Shown one piece after another: positions 1 through 5,344 of a stretch of DNA of 7,668 bases. The position numbers and the translations under genes were made by a program. Origin of the DNA: a virus (taxonomy: Duplodnaviria > Heunggongvirae > Uroviricota > Caudoviricetes). The notes under the pieces are model-generated. The model was not told where the DNA came from. It did no database searches and saw only the letters and a list, made by a program, of their open reading frames with translations. The DNA lies in IMG/VR virus record IMGVR_UViG_2651869696_000012. One strand, given 5' to 3'. Within the stretch, counting starts at the first letter, position 1. Each line of letters starts with the position of its first letter.

Positions 1-20
1 AACTTTTAAGATAAAAGATA

Positions 21-40
21 GATATCCCAGAAAGGATATC
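21..40. promoter_or_regulatory. Perfect inverted repeat GATATCC-n6-GGATATC upstream of the methyltransferase gene; candidate operator
   Basis: Read directly: gatatcc (21-27), spacer cagaaa, ggatatc (34-40). Lies about 80 bp upstream of the ATG at 121. Function is inferred only. Confidence 0.25.
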
Positions 41-120
41 CGTTTAGAAAACCTATTAAGTATCTCTTAAAAGAGAGCAAACCTTGTCAAGAGTGATTGC
101 AATAAAAATTTTTATTTCTT

Positions 121-783
121 ATGTCAATTGAGTGTATTTTAATCGGGAAGCATCATGGGGGTTCTGATTACTGGAGAACTCCATTTTTGTTATTTAAGAA
201 CTTACACCGTGAATTTATTTTCAGTCTGGATGGTGCTGCAACTGAGCATGACGCATTGTTGCCACGGTTCACCGATGATATCCACAATCAGTCATGGGTT
301 GGTGAAAGGGTATTCTGTAACCCACCATACAGCGACACTAAAACATTCCTCGTAAAAGCATCTGAAGCAGATTTAGCGGTATTCCTGATGCCCTACCGAC
401 CCCAAACCATATACTGGCTTAAGCACATCTTCACAAACCTGCTTTGCCATGAAATCCGTATTCTTCATCGTGCAGTTAAATGCCTTCCACCAGCAGGGCA
501 TAACGGGCTTGTTATTCGTTCACCGTTTCCAAGTGCAGTCGTTGTTTTTAAAAAAGAACCACGTAAGCATGAAATTACACAGATGGTTTGCTGTGCTGAC
601 ACGCTATTACCGTTAACCATCATTAACCGTGGTGGACTAAGAGGAAGACCCACCATTTACCCACCTGAGACGCTCGACAGCTTCACAAAGCTATACAGGC
701 AAGGAAAACCCATTAAGTGCATTGCAGATGCTCTCAGAATGCCTCTGAGCACGTCATACAGGATTGCTCAAAGGTTGAGCTAA
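121..783 (+). CDS. Phage-type N6-adenine DNA methyltransferase (Dam family) with C-terminal Hin/resolvase-like HTH domain
   Basis: 220-aa ORF. N-terminal part has W-R-T-P near the N-terminus, FSLDGAAT, and the catalytic NPPY tetrapeptide (..VFCNPPYSD..), the pattern I recall for the phage Dam family (Pfam PF05869). The C-terminal ~45 aa (GRPTIYPPETLDSFTKLYRQGKPIKCIADALRMPLSTSYRIAQRL) aligns by eye with the Hin invertase HTH (GRP...G.P...iA......ST.YR). No Shine-Dalgarno before the ATG (AT-rich leader); first in-frame start after the stop at 103-105. Confidence 0.8.
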   Translation: MSIECILIGKHHGGSDYWRTPFLLFKNLHREFIFSLDGAATEHDALLPRFTDDIHNQSWVGERVFCNPPYSDTKTFLVKASEADLAVFLMPYRPQTIYWLKHIFTNLLCHEIRILHRAVKCLPPAGHNGLVIRSPFPSAVVVFKKEPRKHEITQMVCCADTLLPLTIINRGGLRGRPTIYPPETLDSFTKLYRQGKPIKCIADALRMPLSTSYRIAQRLS

Positions 784-831
784 AATTCTCATATAGAGCA
801 CTGATTATGAGAGTGTTAAAGAGGCGATTTC

Positions 832-851
832 CCCTGTCTGGGGTTATTCGC
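832..851. repeat. Copy 1 of a ~20-bp motif CCCTKTCTGGGGTTAT(T)CGC containing a short CCC/GGG hairpin
   Basis: cccctgtctggggttattcgc read directly; a second copy lies ~170 bp downstream (1001-1019). Confidence 0.5.
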
Positions 852-1000
852 TTTTTACTGGAAGGGTTATTTTACAGAGGTTTTTCAAACCCCCTCAATA
901 ATAGAAACGAGCAACAAACGAAGAGCGAGAAATAAAATATTGAGACTGGTGAACGGGGCCTGTAAAGATTGTTTAAGAAGTCGGTTAAGAAGGTGGCTCT

Positions 1001-1019
1001 CCCTTTCTGGGGTTATCGC
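1001..1019. repeat. Copy 2 of the CCCTKTCTGGGGTTATCGC motif
   Basis: ccctttctggggttatcgc; shares the TCTGGGGTTAT core with the copy at 832-851. Confidence 0.5.
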
Positions 1020-1048
1020 CCTGCATCTTAGTGAGTCCAGGAAGTTCT

Positions 1049-1220
1049 CTGTGAAGGGTCTTGTCAGTCCTTTATATTGGGTGATTACAACTCTTTGAAA
1101 AATAAGAACTTTTAGAAATCACTGTTAAGGTTACAGAGTTAACTGTGAAGAGGCTTGTCAGTTCTCTATATATGGCTAATTACAACTTATTGAAAAATAA
1201 GAACTTTTAGAAGTTACTGT
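1049..1220. repeat. Two tandem ~78-bp imperfect direct repeats (units 1049-1125 and 1143-1220) separated by 17 bp
   Basis: Unit 1 ctgtgaagggtcttgtcagtcctttatattgggtgattacaactctttgaaaaataagaacttttagaaatcactgt; unit 2 ctgtgaagaggcttgtcagttctctatatatggctaattacaacttattgaaaaataagaacttttagaagttactgt. Roughly 80-85% identical by eye. Each starts CTGTGAAG and ends ACTGT. Confidence 0.7.
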
Positions 1221-1302
1221 CAGAGAGGTGAACACTTGATAGATACAGCTTTCCGGTTATGTCAAGCTGTTTTTTAATAGATAGCACAAAATGCTAAAGA
1301 TG

Positions 1303-1331
1303 CCCCTATACCATCTCGTACAGGGGGTTTT
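1303..1331 (+). terminator. Candidate intrinsic terminator (possibly bidirectional)
   Basis: Stem cccctatac (1303-1311) / gtacagggg (1318-1326) with one mismatch, 6-nt loop, then GTTTT. Sits between the repeat region and the 3' end of the minus-strand small ORF. Confidence 0.4.
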
Positions 1332-1340
1332 GAAGGGAGT

Positions 1341-1517
1341 TTAACGGGGTTCTGTGTGGTCATTATCCTTAAGGTCAAGCGTCCATGTACGACCGAACAG
1401 TTTAAATACAACAAGCACTCTGACGAGGATGTAGCGGAGTATCAGACCTGCAATCAGCCCAACACCTCCACCAGCCCATACATCAGGTGACCCCAGTTCA
1501 GGAGGGAGATTTACCAT
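1341..1517 (-). CDS. Hypothetical small membrane protein (58 aa from the internal Met; the track ORF extends to 1586)
   Basis: Minus-strand ORF with a hydrophobic segment (GGVGLIAGLILRYILVRVLVVF). The Met at 1515-1517 is preceded on the minus strand by AAGGA with a 6-nt spacer; the upstream Met at 1586 has no SD and lies inside repeat R1. It is the only minus-strand candidate and is locally GC-richer, so it could be spurious. Confidence 0.3.
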   Translation of the reverse strand: MVNLPPELGSPDVWAGGGVGLIAGLILRYILVRVLVVFKLFGRTWTLDLKDNDHTEPR

Positions 1518-1532
1518 TAGTTTTCCTTGTAA

Positions 1533-1629
1533 GACGCTTTCAATCGCATTCTGACACAAAAAAGTACCTGACCTTATAGTTGACATGAAGAGGCCGTTTA
1601 ACTCGTTACAGAGCGATTGAAGAAGTCTG
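1533..1629. repeat. R1: ~97-bp element with ~20-bp terminal inverted repeats; copy 1 of 2
   Basis: Left arm gacgctttcaatcgcattctgacacaaaaaa, variable core, right arm gtttaactcgttacagagcgattgaagaagtctg. Left arm and reverse complement of right arm match (GACgCTtTCAATCGC..TCTG vs GACttCTTCAATCGCTCTG). Second copy at 3200-3320. Confidence 0.7.
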
Positions 1630-1765
1630 TGTGCAATGCAAAAACCATGCGGCCATTCTCATGGTTGATTCGGTTTATCGAATAAACCTCATAGCCACGC
1701 CTCATATTTTACTCTCCCCATAGAACCATTATACCACAGATGTTAATGAAATGTTAAAAAAATGC

Positions 1766-1806
1766 TTGACATTAGTCTTTGAAAATGCTAGCATTGCCTA
1801 TATAAG
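1766..1806 (+). promoter_or_regulatory. Sigma70-like promoter region for the four-gene cassette (two overlapping candidate configurations)
   Basis: TTGACA (1766-1771), 17-bp spacer, extended -10 TGcTAGCAT (1786-1794); alternatively TTGAAA (1779-1784), 16 bp, TATAAG (1801-1806). A-rich tract immediately upstream (1745-1763) resembles an UP element. First gene starts at 1845. Confidence 0.45.
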
Positions 1807-1844
1807 TTAACAGAGAATTAACAATTATAAGGACTAGCTTATGA

Positions 1845-2402
1845 ATGAACGACAGAGAATTTAGAGCGATGCTTCAGGCATCAAGAGAACGCAACAAGCA
1901 CAACTCCTACAGCTACACAGACACCCCCACCAGCCACGAAGTACCCAAGTTCACCAGAGCAGAGCGCAAAGGCATTGACGAAGTAATTCGGGCAATTACA
2001 CCGAGGGAGCGTTATATGTCAATCAGAAAGAGCACGAAGAACACTATCAAGAATTATTTGAATAACTTTGATTCTTACGAGCAGTCATCAAGCTTGCTTG
2101 ATGATATTTTTATTGGATTCTGTAGAAGTGAAGGTCACCCGAAATACAACAAAAAACTATTTTATCTTCTAAAGAATCTTGATGAAATTAACGCAGCCAG
2201 CGTGACAAATTATCTTCAGCGACAAGCAACCAGACTTAGTTATGAATTACCAAGCGATAAATATTGTGCATTGCTTGCTGTAATGTGTGCAAAGCTAATT
2301 GGTGTTGTTGAACATCATGTTGCCGTTGGGAATATTGAACCAATGGAAAACGAGCAACCAGATTTCGAGTTTGACCCGTATTTAGTTACAGAGGAATTTT
2401 AA
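1845..2402 (+). CDS. Hypothetical protein (185 aa) with acidic C-terminal tail
   Basis: ORF with AAGGA 11 nt upstream; first gene of a translationally coupled cassette; C-terminus ..ENEQPDFEFDPYLVTEEF. No family recognised. Confidence 0.7.
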   Translation: MNDREFRAMLQASRERNKHNSYSYTDTPTSHEVPKFTRAERKGIDEVIRAITPRERYMSIRKSTKNTIKNYLNNFDSYEQSSSLLDDIFIGFCRSEGHPKYNKKLFYLLKNLDEINAASVTNYLQRQATRLSYELPSDKYCALLAVMCAKLIGVVEHHVAVGNIEPMENEQPDFEFDPYLVTEEF

Positions 2403-2403
2403 A

Positions 2404-2685
2404 ATGAAAAACAGACACACTCTAACCCGTATTTCAGAGGAAGCTTTTAATGAGCTTACCAGAATTAAACGAGCGACTAACTTGCCTCATCAAACTGTTA
2501 TGCAACTTGCAATTGCTAAAGAAGTTACTGAGTCGGATTTACTTAAATATCCAGTCTCTAAAGGTCGCAAACACATCCGAATTGCTCAGGACGCTTTAGA
2601 TACTTTGAAGGCACTTAACAGCTTTAAAATTGATATTGCCCGACTATTGAGTATTAAGATTCACAAGTTAGCGATGGAGGTTTAA
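2404..2685 (+). CDS. Putative ribbon-helix-helix-like DNA-binding protein (93 aa)
   Basis: GAGG 9 nt upstream (inside the TTACAGAGG motif). N-terminus NRHTLTRISEEAFNELTRIKRATNLPHQTVMQLAIAKEV fits the beta-strand / helix A / turn / helix B pattern of CopG/Arc-type RHH proteins; assignment by pattern only. Confidence 0.65.
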   Translation: MKNRHTLTRISEEAFNELTRIKRATNLPHQTVMQLAIAKEVTESDLLKYPVSKGRKHIRIAQDALDTLKALNSFKIDIARLLSIKIHKLAMEV

Positions 2686-2900
2686 TGCTATGCGTTACCT
2701 TTGAATACCACACGGATAAAATGATTCGCTACATCTCCGACCTCCTGATTAAAGGAAACGGATTCGGTGACATCCATAACTCAAGAGATATTTTCATTAA
2801 AGCCATTGGCCCAAATGAAGTACTGAAAACAGCAGTTACACCGGAATGGTTTGAGCGTCACAAGATTGAATTAGGTTATTGGGGTGAGGAGGTTTTATGA
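2685..2900 (+). CDS. Hypothetical protein (71 aa)
   Basis: Start overlaps upstream stop (TAATG); GGAGG 4 nt upstream; no recognisable family. Confidence 0.6.
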   Translation: MLCVTFEYHTDKMIRYISDLLIKGNGFGDIHNSRDIFIKAIGPNEVLKTAVTPEWFERHKIELGYWGEEVL

Positions 2901-3184
2901 AACCTTGGCATGAAGATGTTAGACGATATTTTACAGAACACCTTATCTATGATGAATCCAGTGATTCCCTGTGCTGGTCTGATGGAGAGTCAGTCACGAT
3001 AAATACCGACGACTACGGCAACAAAACATTTAATATAGGCCGATATACTTTCTACGTGAAATATGTTGTCTGGTTCCTTTATCATGGCTATCAATCCAAT
3101 AAGCAAATTATCCATCGAAATGGTAACAGAGCCGATACCAGACCAAAAAATCTTATGCAAGTCCGAGACTTTAAGAGAAATTAG
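2897..3184 (+). CDS. Small HNH-type (HNH_3-like) endonuclease-fold protein, apparently degenerate
   Basis: ATGA overlap with upstream gene; GAGGAGG 4 nt upstream. Sequence ..IYDESSDSLCW..GNKTF..YTFYVKYVVWFLYHGYQSNKQIIHRNGNRADTRPKNLMQV follows the architecture of phage HNH proteins (YDPETG..W ... HRLAW ... DHIDGN..NN...NLR) but with substitutions at usually conserved positions (HRL to KYV; DNR/NN to DT). Confidence 0.7.
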   Translation: MKPWHEDVRRYFTEHLIYDESSDSLCWSDGESVTINTDDYGNKTFNIGRYTFYVKYVVWFLYHGYQSNKQIIHRNGNRADTRPKNLMQVRDFKRN

Positions 3185-3199
3185 AAAAATAGCTTCTCA

Positions 3200-3320
3200 G
3201 ACGCTCTCAATCGCATTCTAACGCAAAAAACTATCTTATTTTAGGGTGGGTAATACCACTGTACAGGCTACCCCTGAAAAAGACTGTTTAGCTCGTTACA
3301 GAGCGATTGAGGAGGTCTGG
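3200..3320. repeat. R2: ~121-bp element with ~20-bp terminal inverted repeats; copy 2 of 2
   Basis: Left arm gacgctctcaatcgcattctaacgcaaaaaa, 55-bp variable core, right arm gtttagctcgttacagagcgattgaggaggtctgg. Same arms as R1 at 1533-1629 with a different, longer core. Immediately after the cassette stop (3184) and 20 bp before the next gene. Confidence 0.7.
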
Positions 3321-3340
3321 TAAAAAGGAGATTTTAAGAA

Positions 3341-3670
3341 ATGAGAGAATTAAACTTTCCATTACAAATTATGCTTGATATCGACACAGTAAATATGATT
3401 CAACACTTCGTTGATTCCGGTGTATCAATTGACTTTGACAGGCTGTTAAAGCTGATGGCTGATAATGCAGAAAACATCTCTGACTTTATTCAGTCGGTGG
3501 AGTTTAACGAGCCTCGAATGATGCTACCAATTACCGACTCAAACATGAAAAGATTGGTTATCGAGCAAACGAACAAACACAGTATTTCCCCAGAGCAATT
3601 TTTGAAAGGTGCTGTGACAATCCTGCACAGCGATAATATTCTGGTGACGGATTCTATGAGGGTTCACTAA
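3341..3670 (+). CDS. Hypothetical acidic protein (109 aa)
   Basis: AAGGAG 10 nt upstream; Asp/Glu-rich; no recognisable family. Confidence 0.7.
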   Translation: MRELNFPLQIMLDIDTVNMIQHFVDSGVSIDFDRLLKLMADNAENISDFIQSVEFNEPRMMLPITDSNMKRLVIEQTNKHSISPEQFLKGAVTILHSDNILVTDSMRVH

Positions 3671-3747
3671 TGGGATTGATAATTGCTTGGACAGCTTTAG
3701 GTTTATTTGTTGGTTGCTGGGTGGGCAACGCGGTAAATAAAAATTGA
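3670..3747 (+). CDS. Candidate 25-aa single-pass hydrophobic peptide (MGLIIAWTALGLFVGCWVGNAVNKN)
   Basis: ATG at 3670-3672 overlaps the TAA of the upstream gene (TAATG coupling); stop TGA at 3745-3747. Below the ORF-track cutoff; hydrophobic core with polar C-terminus. Confidence 0.3.
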   Translation: MGLIIAWTALGLFVGCWVGNAVNKN

Positions 3748-3771
3748 TGTTACCAATCTGTTAAAAGGCTG

Positions 3772-3800
3772 TTGACAAATAATCTTAAGCATGACATAAT
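3772..3800 (+). promoter_or_regulatory. Sigma70-like promoter
   Basis: TTGACA (3772-3777), 17-bp spacer, CATAAT (3795-3800); AT-rich upstream. Confidence 0.5.
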
Positions 3801-3806
3801 TGTATA

Positions 3807-3998
3807 TATAGGAAGAGCAATTTTTCCTAAAATCATATTTTCAATAATCCGATGGATGGATATTCTGAGTTGGAAAGGTGCAATGCTTTTCGTCATGGCC
3901 TTTCAGTTTAGTCTGAGAGGTCATCTCAAAAAGTGCTTAATCATTCATTATTGAACCCTTACAGCTTTGCCCTAACTCATGATTAGGGCGTTTTCTTT
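3807..3998 (+). ncRNA. Candidate small RNA (~190 nt) between the promoter and an intrinsic terminator
   Basis: No ORF with an RBS in this unit (the 60-aa track ORF starts inside the -35 box). Internal 12-bp stem ATGGCCTTTCAG (3895-3906) / CTGAGAGGTCAT (3913-3924) with a 6-nt loop; its two non-Watson-Crick positions are G-U wobbles only in the + strand RNA. Ends at the terminator at 3969-3998. Coordinates approximate. Confidence 0.3.
3969..3998 (+). terminator. Intrinsic terminator
   Basis: Stem gccctaa (3969-3975) / ttagggc (3983-3989), 7-nt loop, followed by gTTTTCTTT. Confidence 0.6.
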
Positions 3999-4067
3999 AA
4001 GAGTTTTTAAACAGAGCTTTTAAAGAAAGTTTTTCCTGAAACTTCGTTAACGTTAAAGCAAACCTTC

Positions 4068-4101
4068 AAAGCCCTTCACAGATTATGTTTAGGGCTTTTT
4101 T
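4068..4101 (+). terminator. Second candidate intrinsic terminator
   Basis: aaagccct (4068-4075) / agggcttt (4091-4098) with a 15-nt loop, followed by a T run to 4101. Loop is large, so lower confidence. Confidence 0.45.
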
Positions 4102-4218
4102 CAGCTTTTAAAAAGCATACTTGGCAAACGCCTTTTAAGTCTCTTCTAAGTTCGTAGGCTGTCAGGTGTGCTTTTTAAAAACTGAAACATAAATTATCTT
4201 AGAAGAGGAAAAATAATA

Positions 4219-4923
4219 ATGTCTATCCGTGATGAACATGAAATGATTATCGAAAACAAACCAAGTGCACTTGATATTCACGAATTAAGTTTGCGTGAAT
4301 CTTTTGATAGAGCTTGGCGGGAATCACACGAAGTAAATAAAGGTCCATATATTCCACCAGAACCACTCGAGATTCCAAGAGTTGAAATTGATTTTTCGAT
4401 GAATGAGGAATGTGAGCTTGATTTGAAACTGAAGCTGCAACGCCGATATTTCCAAGCTATTAAAGACTCTCAAGAAGCAATGAGAAGTGTTTACGAGAAA
4501 ATTCAGTCCAAGCTTGAAGACGAAATCGACGAAATGGCTATTTTGATGGAGCTTCAAACCAATTCTTATGCTTATTTCTCTCGACTAGACCGTGACGGTT
4601 GGGGGTATGACCCTGTAGAGATTGGTAAAGTGATTGCAGATTTACCAGAAGGTCAAAGGGTTATTCGTACGGAAAGGGCTATCAGAGCGCCACATCAACT
4701 GTCTCTAATTGTTGCTGATAAATCACAAGCTGAGCTTGAAGAAATTGCCAAAGAGAAACTGATGAAAGCAAGAGAAAATGAGATTAATTTGCTGAAATCA
4801 AGACTGGCTAAGCTGATTAGTGACCATCAAGCGCTGGCTAAGGAGTACCGTCAAGAGTTGGCACAGATTATCAGCTTCAATGATTTTCTGAGTGTTCCAC
4901 GAGAATTTAGCAAGGCTGTTTAA
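4219..4923 (+). CDS. Hypothetical glutamate-rich, probably helical/coiled-coil protein (234 aa)
   Basis: GAGG 10 nt upstream; long charged helical-looking stretches (..AELEEIAKEKLMKARENEINLLKSRLAKLISDHQALAKEYRQELAQ..); no recognisable family. Confidence 0.75.
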   Translation: MSIRDEHEMIIENKPSALDIHELSLRESFDRAWRESHEVNKGPYIPPEPLEIPRVEIDFSMNEECELDLKLKLQRRYFQAIKDSQEAMRSVYEKIQSKLEDEIDEMAILMELQTNSYAYFSRLDRDGWGYDPVEIGKVIADLPEGQRVIRTERAIRAPHQLSLIVADKSQAELEEIAKEKLMKARENEINLLKSRLAKLISDHQALAKEYRQELAQIISFNDFLSVPREFSKAV

Positions 4924-4945
4924 TTATGCATATGTGAGGTGATGA

Positions 4946-5161
4946 ATGATTGATTTAACAGAACGCTATGAAACTATTAAGTCTGTTTGTGAAAACTTAA
5001 AGTTACAAACTAAGCCAGCCTTAAGAATTAAAACCAAACATCAAATTATCACCTCACGCAAACCAAAAACACGCAAGATTCCAAAGTGGTGTATCGACCG
5101 TATCCCTTCCGATGCTCAAATTATAGGTGAAACGGAACTACATTATCTTGTCAGGCATTAA
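4946..5161 (+). CDS. Hypothetical small basic protein (71 aa)
   Basis: TGAGG 6 nt upstream; Lys/Arg-rich (..RIKTKHQIITSRKPKTRKIPKW..); follows the upstream gene after 22 bp. Confidence 0.6.
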   Translation: MIDLTERYETIKSVCENLKLQTKPALRIKTKHQIITSRKPKTRKIPKWCIDRIPSDAQIIGETELHYLVRH

Positions 5162-5210
5162 AAAAGATTGGTTGGGTGTATGAGATAGGTTCTATCGAAT
5201 CTATAACACG

Positions 5211-5252
5211 GGGAGAGATTATCGATATTATTCGGTAGTTTCTCCCTTTTTT
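5211..5252 (+). terminator. Candidate intrinsic terminator after the 71-aa gene
   Basis: Stem gggagaga (5211-5218) / tttctccc (5239-5246), one G-U, 20-nt loop, followed by TTTTTT (5247-5252). Confidence 0.5.
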
Positions 5253-5260
5253 GTATGTGT

Positions 5261-5330
5261 GCTACGTGAAATCTTCTGAACAGATATACCCACCAAAAAT
5301 TATTTTTTACGTAGCTCACGCTTAACAGAG
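5261..5330. repeat. Repeat A: 70-bp element directly upstream of the tape-measure-like gene; copy 1 of 2
   Basis: gctacgtgaaatcttctgaacagatatacccaccaaaaattattttttacgtagctcacgcttaacagag. Contains inverted repeat GCTACGT...ACGTAGC and ends in TTAACAGAG, followed by the SD GAGGTGA. Second copy at 7406-7475. Confidence 0.7.
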
Positions 5331-5344
5331 GTGAAATATGAACA

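Noticed and set aside
1-120. Promoter for the methyltransferase gene
   Set aside because: TTGTCA at 84-89 has no acceptable -10 hexamer at 16-18 bp spacing; the real promoter may lie upstream of the window. Not annotated.
121-783. Restriction-modification system
   Set aside because: No restriction endonuclease candidate is adjacent; the methyltransferase appears orphan, as is usual for phage Dam-family enzymes.
155-935. ORFs 155-355 (+), 465-656 (-) and 717-935 (+)
   Set aside because: Alternative-frame or antisense ORFs overlapping the methyltransferase gene; no RBS and no recognisable protein features.
1049-1220. Possible CRISPR array
   Set aside because: Only two units of ~78 bp, no short conserved repeat alternating with unique spacers, and no cas genes in the window.
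1630-1765. tRNA or other small structured RNA gene
   Set aside because: Only two short hairpins (1645-1664 and 1672-1688); no cloverleaf and no T-loop-like motif. More likely promoter-upstream regulatory sequence.
1533-3320. R1/R2 as retron msr-msd RNA or integron attC sites
   Set aside because: Inverted terminal repeats recall retron a1/a2 and attC sites, but there is no reverse transcriptase or integrase gene in the window, and the arms do not show the attC core pattern (RYYYAAC / GTTRRRY) as far as I can read. Left as an unclassified repeat.
3772-3954. 60-aa ORF from the six-frame track as a protein-coding gene
   Set aside because: Its start codon lies inside the -35 box of the promoter that would transcribe it, and neither it nor the internal ATG at 3856 has a Shine-Dalgarno sequence. 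More consistent with a non-coding transcript.
4102-4218. Promoter for the 234-aa gene
   Set aside because: Several weak -35/-10 combinations (for example TTGGCA at 4121-4126) but none with a convincing -10 at proper spacing. Not annotated.
4324-4557. Minus-strand ORF inside the 234-aa gene
   Set aside because: Antisense shadow of a well-supported + strand gene; low-complexity hydrophobic translation.
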